From an uncultured Brevibacillus sp. (GTDB lineage: Bacteria > Bacillota > Bacilli > Brevibacillales > Brevibacillaceae): 64,000 nucleotides of DNA. The stretch lies in NCBI RefSeq assembly GCF_947502445.1, contig NZ_CANMZW010000021.1, forward strand, positions 14,823 through 78,822, given 5' to 3'. Each line of letters opens with the position of its first letter. Position 1 is the stretch's first letter. Under the pieces are notes generated by a model. The model searched no databases and was not told the origin of the DNA. It was given only the letters and a program-made list of their open reading frames with translations. The position numbers and the translations under genes are program-made. Of this stretch, positions 48,556 through 58,837 are shown in pieces.

Positions 48556-49581
48556 ATGAAAAATAAAGTAACGATTGAAGATGTAGCAAAACGGGCGGGC
48601 GTAGGGATTGCTACCGTCTCTCGTGCCATTAATGATAGCGGGGGAATTAGTCCCAAGACAAAAGCGATGATTCTGGAGGTCATCGAGGAGCTTGGCTTTA
48701 CTCCAAATACTTCTGCGCAAAGTCTGAAAATACGTCAAACGTATCAAATTGCACTTGCCGTGCCGGACATTCGCAACGCGATCATTCCGGAAATCTCCTG
48801 GTCTGTAGAACAGGCAGCCAAGCAGCATGACTATCGTGTCGTGCAAATCAACACGTCAGGGAATGCCCGAGCTGAGCTTGAGACGGTGCGCGAAGTCAAA
48901 AAGCTGCATGTCGATGGGCTCATTATCATGCCGCTTGCCTATCCGAAGACGTTGGTTGATTTGATTAATAAAGCAAGTGTTCCGGTTTCCATAATCAATT
49001 ATGGAAAAAAGCTTGATGATCATGTGAAAGCAGATGTAGTCAGCCTCGCTCGTCAGGAAGGCCGCCTCGTCATGGAGCATTTGATCAAGATCGGGCGTAC
49101 ACGGATTGCCTATGCAGGAGCACCCAAGGACAAGATCGAGGAACGATACTTTGCCTACGAAGGATCTCTGGCGCATGTCGATCCTTCCTTGGTTTATTTC
49201 GGTGAGGACTTTTCCTTTGAGACGGGCTTGCGTGCTGCGGATTACTTTTTCAGCTTAAAAAATATGCCGGACGCTATTTATGCGGTTAATGACATGGTGG
49301 CGATCGGGATTGTGAATCGGTTCAAGGAGCTGGGTGTCCGTGTCCCTGATGATGTAGCCGTGGTGGGCATCGACAACAATTTATGGACGACGATTACGAC
49401 TCCGCAAATCAGCTCGGTTTCAATTATGGGGGATGAAGTGGCTCGTTTGGCTACTGAGCTTTTGCTGAAGCGGATTCGCGAGCAAGGAGCAGGGGCTTAT
49501 GAGCGCGTTCAGTTCGAACCTCGACTGATCGTGAGGGAGTCGAGTGTGGCGGTTATTCGTAAATCGCCTTTGGAGATGTAA
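48556..49581 (+). CDS. LacI family transcriptional regulator
   Basis: TIEDVAKRAGVGIATVSRAIN; VPDDVAVVGID. Confidence 0.92.
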   Translation: MKNKVTIEDVAKRAGVGIATVSRAINDSGGISPKTKAMILEVIEELGFTPNTSAQSLKIRQTYQIALAVPDIRNAIIPEISWSVEQAAKQHDYRVVQINTSGNARAELETVREVKKLHVDGLIIMPLAYPKTLVDLINKASVPVSIINYGKKLDDHVKADVVSLARQEGRLVMEHLIKIGRTRIAYAGAPKDKIEERYFAYEGSLAHVDPSLVYFGEDFSFETGLRAADYFFSLKNMPDAIYAVNDMVAIGIVNRFKELGVRVPDDVAVVGIDNNLWTTITTPQISSVSIMGDEVARLATELLLKRIREQGAGAYERVQFEPRLIVRESSVAVIRKSPLEM

Positions 49582-49829
49582 AGAATGCTGGATTGTATCG
49601 TGGCAGGCTGTCGATCATGTTGGCGGCCTTTTTTGCGTGCATGACTTTGCTAAATGACATTGATCCCAGGGCCACCTGCTTTTTCGTCATGGAATGAACT
49701 CTTTGCAGTGTAGCGGCTAGGCTGGCAAACGATCCGAGTGGACTCTTTTGCTTTTGACCGGGAATCAAAAGACCCTGATAAAGGACCTTTTCAATGGTTT
49801 CCATCATCAGGGTCTCGTTAATCAATTGT

Positions 49830-50840
49830 TTAAGTTCTTTCCAATAGAACTTTTAGTGTAGAATCAATGAAATTCGCATCGGTTGGATTCAGTCCAAAAC
49901 CAGCTAAGTGCCCCCAGATCGATTCAATCGGCTGAAATACAGCATTTGGTATGAGGCTCGTCTCGTATTGGCTGTCTTCCGGGGTGAAATATAGATCAGT
50001 CCTCACGGGCATCACAACGGTTTGTGCCTTTATGCTTTTCAAGGCGAGGGCAAAGTCTCCAACATACAAGGGATTCCTGCTAATATCAGCATGCTGCCAA
50101 GTCCACATCATAGCCAGCAAATCATTCGCATCTGATTGGATGAAGCTCTCCTCCCAAAACTTCACAATAAAATCAGAAAGAGAAGCGAAGCCCAGCTCTT
50201 TGAAGCATTCTTCCCGGTAAAAGGCTTGTGAAAATCCCCAGCTCGCATAAACGCGCCCCAATGTACGCAAGCCCAGCTCAGGTGGTACTGTGTATATGCC
50301 TTTATTCCACGCAGCATCTGCTTGCAGTGCAGCTCGTATGCCCTCGATCATGACCGAGTTGTGCGGCCAGGTCTTGGCGGTCCCCGCAAATGGAGCCAAA
50401 CGCTCTACCATATCTGGATAGCTTGCTCCCCATTGAAAGGCCTGAATCGCCCCCATCGACCATCCGGTAGCCAAAGCAACCTTCTTGACGCCAAACCTCT
50501 CTGTCAGCAGCCGATGCTGCAAAGCGACATTATCAAAGATCGTGACATTCGGAAAATTCGCCTTGTCAAAAGGGCTTGCTGTGTTGCTAGGAGACGAGGA
50601 TAATCCATTCCCTAGCATATTGGGTATCACGATGAAATATTTCTCCGGGTTTAACGCCTTATTTATTCCGATCAGCCATTCATTCTGATAATGCTGATCG
50701 CCAAATGACGTAGGAAAAACGATGACGTTATCCTTGGTTGCGTTGAGTGTGCCATACGTTTTATAGGCTAAAAATGCTTGCGGGAGTGTCTCCCCTGATT
50801 GCAATTCTACATCTCCTAGCTCAAAAATGTCGTAGTCCAT
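49830..50840 (-). CDS. Alpha/beta hydrolase, homoserine O-acetyltransferase-like
   Basis: LAYKTYGTLN, GNGLSSSPSN, GWSMGA, DLYF, IWGHLAG. Confidence 0.85.
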   Translation of the reverse strand: MDYDIFELGDVELQSGETLPQAFLAYKTYGTLNATKDNVIVFPTSFGDQHYQNEWLIGINKALNPEKYFIVIPNMLGNGLSSSPSNTASPFDKANFPNVTIFDNVALQHRLLTERFGVKKVALATGWSMGAIQAFQWGASYPDMVERLAPFAGTAKTWPHNSVMIEGIRAALQADAAWNKGIYTVPPELGLRTLGRVYASWGFSQAFYREECFKELGFASLSDFIVKFWEESFIQSDANDLLAMMWTWQHADISRNPLYVGDFALALKSIKAQTVVMPVRTDLYFTPEDSQYETSLIPNAVFQPIESIWGHLAGFGLNPTDANFIDSTLKVLLERT

Positions 50841-50875
50841 CTGTTTTCTCCCCTTTGTATGCTTGTTCAGCTTCA

Positions 50876-50907
50876 ACTGTAAACGTTCCAGTATAGGGGA
50901 AGGTCAA
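50876..50907 (-). promoter_or_regulatory. MerR-type long-spacer promoter/operator for the hydrolase
   Basis: Minus strand TTGACC-N20-TACAGT with dyad ACCTTCC...GGAACGT; MerR gene is divergent. Confidence 0.7.
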
Positions 50908-50956
50908 GAGGGTTAATCGGTTATAATGCAAGAAAACCCGTAAAAGAGGTTGGCGA

Positions 50957-51781
50957 ATGTTTAAAATCAGTGAGTTTTCCCGCTTGAGCCGAGTATCGTT
51001 AAAAACGCTGCGTTATTATGACGATTTCGGCATCTTGAAGCCAGCGAAGATCGATAAAGAGACCGGCTACCGTTATTACTCAGCGGATCAATTACTTACA
51101 CTTAATCGCATTCTTATGTATAAAGACTTGGGATTTACTCTGCAGCACATTCAGCAGTTACTGCGTGAAGATATTTCAATGGAGAGCGTTCGAGGAATGC
51201 TTCAGAGAAAAGAAAACGAAATTCAACAGCGGCTTGAAGAGGAACGGGAGCGACTTAGTAAAATTCAAGATCGATTGCTGTTGCTTAAGCGAGAGGGAAG
51301 GGTAGAAAAGGAACAAGAAGTGTTCATGAAAAGTGTGGAAGCGCAAAAAATTATTTCCTTTTGTTCACATGGAACGGTGGAAGAGATCCCGGAGCTGTTT
51401 CATAAGTTAGAACAACTGGTAGGCAAACAAAAAAGACAGCTGCTCCCGCAGATGGTTATGTGGAAAGAATCGGAGAGTAACGAGGCGGAATTCGAATTGG
51501 AGGTAGCCTATTCACTCAAGCAGGAGATTGCCATCTCCTCCGACATCCTGAATGTGCGCATGCTGCCTGAGGAGCCGATGATGGCAACGTTGTTACAACG
51601 GGTAGACCCATTCGTTCCTTCTACGGCCTGCATTGATTTAGCCAAGTGGCTGGAGGACAATCACTATCGAATAAAAAAGGACCAGCCTGGGAGAGAAGTG
51701 TATGTACAATCACTCGAAGAGAATGGCGGTACTTACGTAGAGGTTCAAATTCCGATTGAAGCGGTACGGAGAGGCTCTTGA
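50957..51781 (+). CDS. MerR family regulator with GyrI-like effector domain
   Basis: MFKISEFSRLSRVSLKTLRYYD, ETGYRYYS; C-terminal PGREVY..EVQIP. Confidence 0.92.
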   Translation: MFKISEFSRLSRVSLKTLRYYDDFGILKPAKIDKETGYRYYSADQLLTLNRILMYKDLGFTLQHIQQLLREDISMESVRGMLQRKENEIQQRLEEERERLSKIQDRLLLLKREGRVEKEQEVFMKSVEAQKIISFCSHGTVEEIPELFHKLEQLVGKQKRQLLPQMVMWKESESNEAEFELEVAYSLKQEIAISSDILNVRMLPEEPMMATLLQRVDPFVPSTACIDLAKWLEDNHYRIKKDQPGREVYVQSLEENGGTYVEVQIPIEAVRRGS

Positions 51782-51860
51782 AGTGGCGCAGGTCGTTGCT
51801 TTTCTGGCGTCAGATCGAGCATCCTTTGTCACTGGAAGTGCGTATGGCGTGGCTGCCGCT
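51780..51860 (+). pseudogene. C-terminal fragment of an SDR gene
   Basis: EVAQVVAFLASDRASFVTGSAYGV begins at the MerR stop codon. Confidence 0.65.
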
Positions 51861-51951
51861 CTCCTTTTGCCCATAAAATCATGTGTCTTTTTCCAAAGTG
51901 ATTCATAGCATATAACATTCTCACTATAGCATCCGAGAAAGGAGTTCTCTT

Positions 51952-53319
51952 TTGGAAAAGACAAAGCTAACAGGGCGAATCGTTACGCCTGATGATGCTG
52001 ATTATGAGCTTGCCAGAACCAATAATAATTTGAGCGTCCCCAAATTCCCGAAGATCATTGTGTTTTGCCAGGATGTAGATGATGTCGTGAATGCGCTGAA
52101 ATGGGCGAGGGAAAATCAAGTGCCGTTTCGAATAAGGAGCGGCAGGCATAGCTATGAAAATTTTTCGCTAGTAAATGGCGGTCTGGTTATTGATGTCAGC
52201 GAGATGAATAAAATTACTGTCAATCGCGAAAACATGACAGCAAAAATAGAAGCTGGAGCCGGTCTGGGGAAAGTATACAATGAACTATGGGAATTTGGTA
52301 CGACGATCCCGGCGGGTACCGAAAGCAGTGTCGGTCTTGTGGGCCTTATGCTCGGTGGAGGCATTGGGATGCTGTCACGGTTGTTCGGACTTACCTGTGA
52401 CAATCTGCTTAAGGTCGAAATCGTAATTGCGGATGGCGAGAAGGGGGCAAGACTGATTCGGGCAGACAAGCATCACAACAGTGATCTGTTTTGGGCTTGT
52501 TGTGGTGGTGGCGGTGGAAACTTTGGCATTGTCACGTCTCTTACATTCAAGGTGCATGCCATTTCCAAGGTGTCCATTTTCTCGATTACGTGGGGGTGGG
52601 AAGATCTCGAAGCGGCATTTGACGCCTGGCAGCATTGGGCACCTACCACTGATTTACGCCTTACCTCAGAAATTGAATTACGGGCAAAGGAAGCCAATCG
52701 AATTATTGCGCAAGGTGAATTCGTCGGTCCAGCTTCCAGTTTGCGGGCACTGCTTCGACCTTTAACGGACGCTGGTTCACCGACAAACGTATTCATAAAA
52801 GAAGTTCCATATAAAAAGGCTTTCCAATTTTTTGACGAGCCTGCTGGAAACGTGCCAGCTCACCGTAAGAGATCCGGGTCCTTTCTAAAAAAGCCTTTCC
52901 CGATGAAAGCGATTTCGATAATGAAGCATTTTTTGGAGAGCGCCCCAAATGAAAGATCCGCAATCTGGCAGCAATCTCTCGGAGGAGCAACCAGGCAGTA
53001 CTCCCCAACTGAAACCGCCTTTTTCTATCGGGAGGCCATTATCGCCCAGGAGTACCTCGCTACATGGAGCGATCCTGATGAAAAACAACAAAACGTACGC
53101 TGGATCGAAGAATTACGGGACGCCTTGAAAAAATATACAACGGGCGACTACGTGAACTGGCCGGACCTGCATATCAAAAATTGGCCAAAGGCGTACTATG
53201 GCGAAAACATAAAGCGACTTCAGGAAGTGAAGAAAGAGTACGATCCAACCAATGTATTCTCGTTTCCGCAGAGCATCCGACTAAAGACGGACGACAAAAA
53301 AAGTGCCCATCTCCGCTGA
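51952..53319 (+). CDS. FAD-binding oxidoreductase, berberine-bridge-enzyme-like
   Basis: RIRSGRHSYE, GGGGGNFGIVT, YVNWPD, AYYGEN..YDPTNVF. Confidence 0.9.
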   Translation: MEKTKLTGRIVTPDDADYELARTNNNLSVPKFPKIIVFCQDVDDVVNALKWARENQVPFRIRSGRHSYENFSLVNGGLVIDVSEMNKITVNRENMTAKIEAGAGLGKVYNELWEFGTTIPAGTESSVGLVGLMLGGGIGMLSRLFGLTCDNLLKVEIVIADGEKGARLIRADKHHNSDLFWACCGGGGGNFGIVTSLTFKVHAISKVSIFSITWGWEDLEAAFDAWQHWAPTTDLRLTSEIELRAKEANRIIAQGEFVGPASSLRALLRPLTDAGSPTNVFIKEVPYKKAFQFFDEPAGNVPAHRKRSGSFLKKPFPMKAISIMKHFLESAPNERSAIWQQSLGGATRQYSPTETAFFYREAIIAQEYLATWSDPDEKQQNVRWIEELRDALKKYTTGDYVNWPDLHIKNWPKAYYGENIKRLQEVKKEYDPTNVFSFPQSIRLKTDDKKSAHLR

Positions 53320-53338
53320 GATGGGCTTTGCTGTAATG

Positions 53339-53722
53339 ATATAAGGGGTGCTTGCCGCCATTGTAGGGAGAGACCGGATCAGCGAACGTTCTCAAGCCAA
53401 ACTCATACTCGCCACTTCGCAGATTGCAGTAATAATAATTGGCGAATTTATTTCCTTCTTCATTCAGCAAATCTGTAGCCAGCACGCCTCCCAGCTGACG
53501 ATATAGCTGCGAACTTGTCAGCTTTCTTTGCTTGAAATCCTCGATGTGACGGGAGTAGTGGTTGAAGGCATCCACACTGTACATGTCATGGTCTTCAATC
53601 CAGCCCAGAAAAAATCCTGTAAAAACATAGGCTTGTTCCCGTGGCAAATCCGTTGGGAAATCGCCCTCGTAATGATACTTCGCTTTGTCATACACGGTAT
53701 TGGTGGAAAGAGTATCGCTCAT
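53339..53722 (-). pseudogene. Hypothetical protein, apparently 3'-truncated
   Basis: YDKAKYHYEGDFP..NEEGNKFANYYY..LYH, then the ORF reads through a terminator hairpin into the antisense of the neighbouring gene. Confidence 0.5.
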
Positions 53723-53805
53723 CCGTTTTCTCCTTTGGTGATGCAATAAAAGGAGCTGCCCCGCTATTCACGAGGGGCAGCTCCTTTATGTACAGTGAGA
53801 TTCAA

Positions 53806-55200
53806 CTACTTCACAAATTCAACCTTATAGCCTTTTTGCTTCAACTGGTCGATGACCATATCCTTCAAGACAAAGTGTCCTGCGCCTACCACTACAAAAT
53901 AGGTGGACTTGCCTTCTTTATCGAGCAAGGCCGCTATTTTGGTCGCCATGTTTTTGTCGCGTTCGCCAAATAAGCGTTTTGCGCTGTCGCTTTCTACGAA
54001 ATCCTGAGAGGCAGTAAAGGATTGGGTAAAGCCTTCTACATCACCTTTTGCCCATTGCTGCTGCCATTTGGTAAACTCACCAGCGTTATTTTGCTGGTTA
54101 GCCGTAGGATTCAAAATGGCATCAAGCGCGTCGTTCAATTCCTTTTCTTGAATGTTCATCGGAACGTTGTTGAAGACGTCTGATTGAAGCTTCAAGCCTT
54201 CGAGCTCTTCAATCGGTTTATCGGTAAGTAATGCGCTTTGCAGAAAATACATATCGATTCCCAGCGTAGCGGCTTGGTTCATATCTTCTGGTGAGCTAAC
54301 CAGAGAGGACATGGACAGACTGGTGGTGATTGCCCACGGCTTCAATGTTTCGAAAGCTTGCATCGGAAGATCCAGCTTGTCCAACACCTTCTGAAGCTTA
54401 TCATAGGTTTCTTTGGAAATATGATCTTTCAAGGTCGTGCCATCCGTCAGCATCATGGAGTCTGTAAAATATTTCATGTCTTCTGGTTTAGGGGATGCCA
54501 GGTTCACTTCGACAAACAAGGAATTGGATGCTGCAAATGCGTCCCTGACCTCTTTGTGCAGCGGGTACATGTCGGAAATCCCCAAGTGAATGGAGCCGAG
54601 CAAATAGAGCGTATTTTCGCCCTTGGTCGCTTTCCAGAGAAGTCCTTTTGCTCCGGCCTGGGCAGTATCATACGCATAGGAGACGAGTCTGCTTGCGAGT
54701 ACAGCAGCTTGTTCCGTGGTGCTTGGCTGATCCAGCTCAAGGCCACGAGGGGTTCCCTGAATGATACCTTTCTTTTGGAGGTACTCGTTTGCCGAGTATT
54801 TATCAATCTCAAAAGCTTGCGATAATTCGTACTGCGTTAGGATAGCGTATAAAGTGCGGGTGACCGTTTCTCTCGTAATCGTTCCTGTTGCTGGCAACGC
54901 GGGCAGGGTTCCCTTTTTCTTCAGTCCCAAGGAATCCAGTTTCTTCGTTGTATCGGCCATTAACGCTTGGAACTTGTCTGCAGTAATCGGCTTTTGAAAA
55001 GTCCCGTCATAATACCAGGAAAGTGGGAATATGCCGTATTTTTCGCCTTCGTGTAAGGTTGGAATCGACCACTGGCTAATCGAAGGAGCTGCAGGGACCT
55101 CGTTTGCTTGTACTGTATAGACGCTTCCCAGTATTGTCGTTAGACCGAGGACACCACTGGCAATCAGGCGACTAAGGCTGCTCCATTTTCTAAGTTTCAT
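53806..55200 (-). CDS. Secreted TraB/GumN family protein
   Basis: Signal peptide; LYLLGSIHLG, GIDMYF, RDKNMA, FVVVGAGHF. Confidence 0.88.
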   Translation of the reverse strand: MKLRKWSSLSRLIASGVLGLTTILGSVYTVQANEVPAAPSISQWSIPTLHEGEKYGIFPLSWYYDGTFQKPITADKFQALMADTTKKLDSLGLKKKGTLPALPATGTITRETVTRTLYAILTQYELSQAFEIDKYSANEYLQKKGIIQGTPRGLELDQPSTTEQAAVLASRLVSYAYDTAQAGAKGLLWKATKGENTLYLLGSIHLGISDMYPLHKEVRDAFAASNSLFVEVNLASPKPEDMKYFTDSMMLTDGTTLKDHISKETYDKLQKVLDKLDLPMQAFETLKPWAITTSLSMSSLVSSPEDMNQAATLGIDMYFLQSALLTDKPIEELEGLKLQSDVFNNVPMNIQEKELNDALDAILNPTANQQNNAGEFTKWQQQWAKGDVEGFTQSFTASQDFVESDSAKRLFGERDKNMATKIAALLDKEGKSTYFVVVGAGHFVLKDMVIDQLKQKGYKVEFVK

Positions 55201-55354
55201 GCAGAAATCTCCTCTCTTGTAAAAATCTCACTAATTATAGCCTACTCTTGTGATTATAACAAACGCATATAGGAAAAGACGGATTGCTGCGATGAAATGA
55301 AGAGAGGCTTTTTTGGCATGAAAAAGCGCCAACAGGACTGCTGGCGCATAGCTA

Positions 55355-57085
55355 CTACACTTTAAATTTGGCGACGAGTGACTGCATTTCATCTGCCACT
55401 TTTGAGAGGGAAGCGGCAGACGCAGCGATTTCTTCCATAGAAGCGAGCTGCTCTTCGCCAGATGCTGCTACACTTTGCGAATGGCTCGAAGATGTTTTGG
55501 CAATCTGATTGACTTCCACCATAGAGGAAGTGATTTGCTTACTGTTAGCAGACAAATCGAGCGTCGTGTTGGAAACATCCTGAATTTGCTCAGCAACCTC
55601 GCGTAGTGTGAGCAGAATCGTTCCGAATTTTTCCTCGGTAGAATGAACGATTTCCAAGCCTACACGTACCTCATCCTGCACCTGATTCATCGATGAAGTG
55701 GAATTGTTCGTGTCCGCTTGAATCTCGATGATGAGATCTGAAATTTGTTGAGCGGATTGGGTCGATTGCTCCGCCAGCTTGCGGACTTCATCGGCTACCA
55801 CTGCAAATCCACGGCCATGCTCGCCAGCGCGTGCGGCTTCAATGGCTGCATTGAGGGCTAGTAGATTCGTCTGATCCGCGATTCCGCGAATGACATCAAT
55901 GATTTGCCCAATTTGCTCGGAGCGTCCATTCAGCTTGGTAATGAGCGTGCTGGAATTTTCAACGGTTGCCTGTATTCGTTCCATTTGTCCAACCACCTGC
56001 TGCAACGATTGGTTGCCTTCTTCGGCTTGTGCAGAGGAGGTTTGGGCTGACGCGGATACTTCCGCACAGTGATGGGCGATGGTTTGGATCGATTGCTCCA
56101 TCGTTTTTGTGGTATGTACGGCCTCCTCGGAGTGTGCGGTTTGTGACTCGGAGCCACTCGCTACCTCTTGGATGGCAATGACGATGTGCTCAGTTGCTTT
56201 CGAGCTTTGCTCTGCACTGGCAAAAAGCTGTTCAGATGAAGAGGCTACTTGATGAGAAGTAGCAGAAATTTGCCCAAGCAGCTGACGAATGCTGCTTACC
56301 ATCTGGTCGAAGCCTTTGACCAGGGTGCCGATTTCATCCCGATTTTTTACCGTAATAGCGTCTACCTGCAAATCACCTTGGGCAATTTGTTCGGTTTGTT
56401 TGGCTAGCAGACCAAGCGGACGCGTGATGCTTCTCGTAAACAAAATAATGATCGTCCCGCCTGCGATAACAGACGCACAAAGCGTAATGATCAGGCTGCG
56501 TAACACATCCTGTGCTGGTGAGTTGAAGTCCATGTAATACGTAGTAGCGGTGATGGCCCAGCCCCATGTCGAGTCAAACTCGGTGTAGGCGATTTTCGGA
56601 AGCATTTTCGTTTCGTCATCAGGCGCGTACCACTCTGTATCCATGAAGGCTCCGCCAGTTTTACTGAGCTCAATATTTTCCTGAATCAGATAACGACCAG
56701 AGCTGTCCTGTAGATTCCAAAGATTTTCTCCCTCACCGTCTGGAGCGGCAACCTGGTTTCCTTTTTCGTCATAAATGTAAATGTATCCGTACTTGCCCAA
56801 GTTCACGTTTGGATTGACAGGGCGTGTTCCGTCAGCATTTTTTTCTCCCAGAATCGCTACTTTTACTCTTTCCTGAGCCTCTGCCAGGTCAAGTCGACCA
56901 GCTTTTACTTCCTGATCCAGCTGGTGAATCAATTCAATCGTCGTACGGACGGAATTTTTGAGAGTAGTCTTGCCCAATTCCTCCATAGACGACTTGCCTT
57001 GTGAGTATCCAATAAGTCCAATAATCAAACTGGGAATTAATAAAATCAGAAAACAGATGGTAAGTAGTTTACTGCGTAAATTCAT
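55355..57085 (-). CDS. Methyl-accepting chemotaxis protein (Cache, HAMP)
   Basis: Two TM helices, [44 protein letters not shown]. Confidence 0.95.
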   Translation of the reverse strand: MNLRSKLLTICFLILLIPSLIIGLIGYSQGKSSMEELGKTTLKNSVRTTIELIHQLDQEVKAGRLDLAEAQERVKVAILGEKNADGTRPVNPNVNLGKYGYIYIYDEKGNQVAAPDGEGENLWNLQDSSGRYLIQENIELSKTGGAFMDTEWYAPDDETKMLPKIAYTEFDSTWGWAITATTYYMDFNSPAQDVLRSLIITLCASVIAGGTIIILFTRSITRPLGLLAKQTEQIAQGDLQVDAITVKNRDEIGTLVKGFDQMVSSIRQLLGQISATSHQVASSSEQLFASAEQSSKATEHIVIAIQEVASGSESQTAHSEEAVHTTKTMEQSIQTIAHHCAEVSASAQTSSAQAEEGNQSLQQVVGQMERIQATVENSSTLITKLNGRSEQIGQIIDVIRGIADQTNLLALNAAIEAARAGEHGRGFAVVADEVRKLAEQSTQSAQQISDLIIEIQADTNNSTSSMNQVQDEVRVGLEIVHSTEEKFGTILLTLREVAEQIQDVSNTTLDLSANSKQITSSMVEVNQIAKTSSSHSQSVAASGEEQLASMEEIAASAASLSKVADEMQSLVAKFKV

Positions 57086-57548
57086 GTAATCCCTTCCCCA
57101 TAATTTTGTCTTTACTTCCCATTTCCCTGTGTAAAAAGAATTGAAACCATCGCATTTGGGTGATGCATGGGTCGAATGACGATTGCTTTTGATTCAAAGG
57201 ATGCACTATCCGATTGAGTGGGCAATGCGGAAAGTGACGGTGTAGATTTGAAAGTTGTATCTATTATAATTAAGAAGAGGAGCTGTCCCCACAGCTCCCC
57301 ACATGAAACAGGGAATAGACCATCCGGCGCAAAAGGAGGGATCTATTCCTTTATTGTTTTTCCTTAGTCACTTCTTTGTTGGACAAGTCAGTCGTTGTTA
57401 TCTGAAAAATATATCAAATAAAATCAATTTGGACAAATTGTAAAGATGCTGAAAATAGACGTAAAGATTGTGCAAACGAATCACGGCAATATCCTTGATA
57501 ATAAATAGGATAGAGTCGGAAGATGCAAAAAGAGAGGATGGATCATGG

Positions 57549-58769
57549 ATGAGTGGTGCTTATTGGTTAACCAATGTTCGCTTGGAAACAGGGTATCATC
57601 GGGAAAACGGTGCCGTGATCGGGACAGAAACGGCTTTCTTTCACCTTTTGATTAAAGAGGGAAAGTTTGCATCCATTGTTCCTGCCACCGAAATTTTGAC
57701 GGATGGTCTTGAGCAGAGGGATGCAAAAGGACGATTAGCGATCCCTTCCCTGATCGAAAAGCATGTCCATCTGGATAAAACGCTGCTTGGAGAAGAATGG
57801 CGAGCGGTCATTCCAGCGGCGAATGTCATTGAGCGATGTGAAATCGAAAAGCGCATCCTGCCAGGGCTGGCGACATCAACAAAGGAGCGCGCTGAAAATT
57901 TCCTCGCCCTCTTGCTCTCTTATGGCTCCACACATGTTCGGACGCATGTAGATATGTATCCAGAAGTCGGCATCTCCAATCTGCATGGGGTCAAAGAAGC
58001 TCTCGCTACCTTTGAAGGTCGCCTGACCCACGAAATCGTTGCGTTTCCACAGCATGGCTTGCTGCGCACCAAAGCAAAGGAGCTGGTACGGGAAGCACTG
58101 CGCCAAGGTGCTACACATGTAGGTGGCGTAGACCCTGCAACCGTGGACGAGGATATCGAGGAATCGCTGTATCAAATGGTCGATATGGCTGTAGAGGCCA
58201 ATGCAGGCATCGACCTTCATCTGCACGATATGGGACACTTGGGTACTTTTACGATGAAACGTTTGGCTGCCATGACAGTTGATGCTGGCTTGCAGGGCAA
58301 GGTGGCCATTAGTCACGCGTTTGCTTTAGGCGATATTCCTGTGAATGAAGCGGAAGAAATGGCGGCGATTTTGCGTGAGGCGGGCATTAGCATTATTACG
58401 AGTGTGCCATATTTTAGAGTGATTCCGCCAGTTCCGGTGCTGCACAAAAATGGCGTAGAGGTAGCGGTCGGATGTGACTGCGTGTTTGATTCCTGGCAGC
58501 CTTACGGGAATGGGGACGTGCTGGAACGTCTATGGCGTCTGGCGGAGCGTTCTCGCTGGCTGGACGAGCTTTCTCTATCTCAATCGCTGCAATTTATTAC
58601 TGGTGGCAAAACAACGCTGGATCTGGAAGGCAAGCAGCTGTGGCCAGCGCCTGAGGATGAAGCGAGCCTACTGCTTGTTGAGGCAACCTGCACGGCAGAA
58701 GCCATTGCCCGCCGAGCGAAGCGGAGCGCGGTATTTTTCAAAGGTAGCCTGGTTTCTGGACAAATGTAG
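57549..58769 (+). CDS. Amidohydrolase, cytosine-deaminase-like (paralog 1)
   Basis: HVHLDKT, VRTHVD, VAFPQHG, DLHLHD, ISHAFAL, GCDC. Confidence 0.88.
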   Translation: MSGAYWLTNVRLETGYHRENGAVIGTETAFFHLLIKEGKFASIVPATEILTDGLEQRDAKGRLAIPSLIEKHVHLDKTLLGEEWRAVIPAANVIERCEIEKRILPGLATSTKERAENFLALLLSYGSTHVRTHVDMYPEVGISNLHGVKEALATFEGRLTHEIVAFPQHGLLRTKAKELVREALRQGATHVGGVDPATVDEDIEESLYQMVDMAVEANAGIDLHLHDMGHLGTFTMKRLAAMTVDAGLQGKVAISHAFALGDIPVNEAEEMAAILREAGISIITSVPYFRVIPPVPVLHKNGVEVAVGCDCVFDSWQPYGNGDVLERLWRLAERSRWLDELSLSQSLQFITGGKTTLDLEGKQLWPAPEDEASLLLVEATCTAEAIARRAKRSAVFFKGSLVSGQM

Positions 58770-58837
58770 TCCTCGAAATCGTTGGAAGGCAATAGATCGG
58801 TTTCAGTTATTTTATAGAGAAAGGGTGTACGAAATAG

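Noticed and set aside
57100-57400. Riboswitch (such as c-di-GMP) upstream of the chemotaxis receptor
   Set aside because: Several hairpins are present but I could not match a riboswitch consensus; an Infernal/Rfam scan would settle it.
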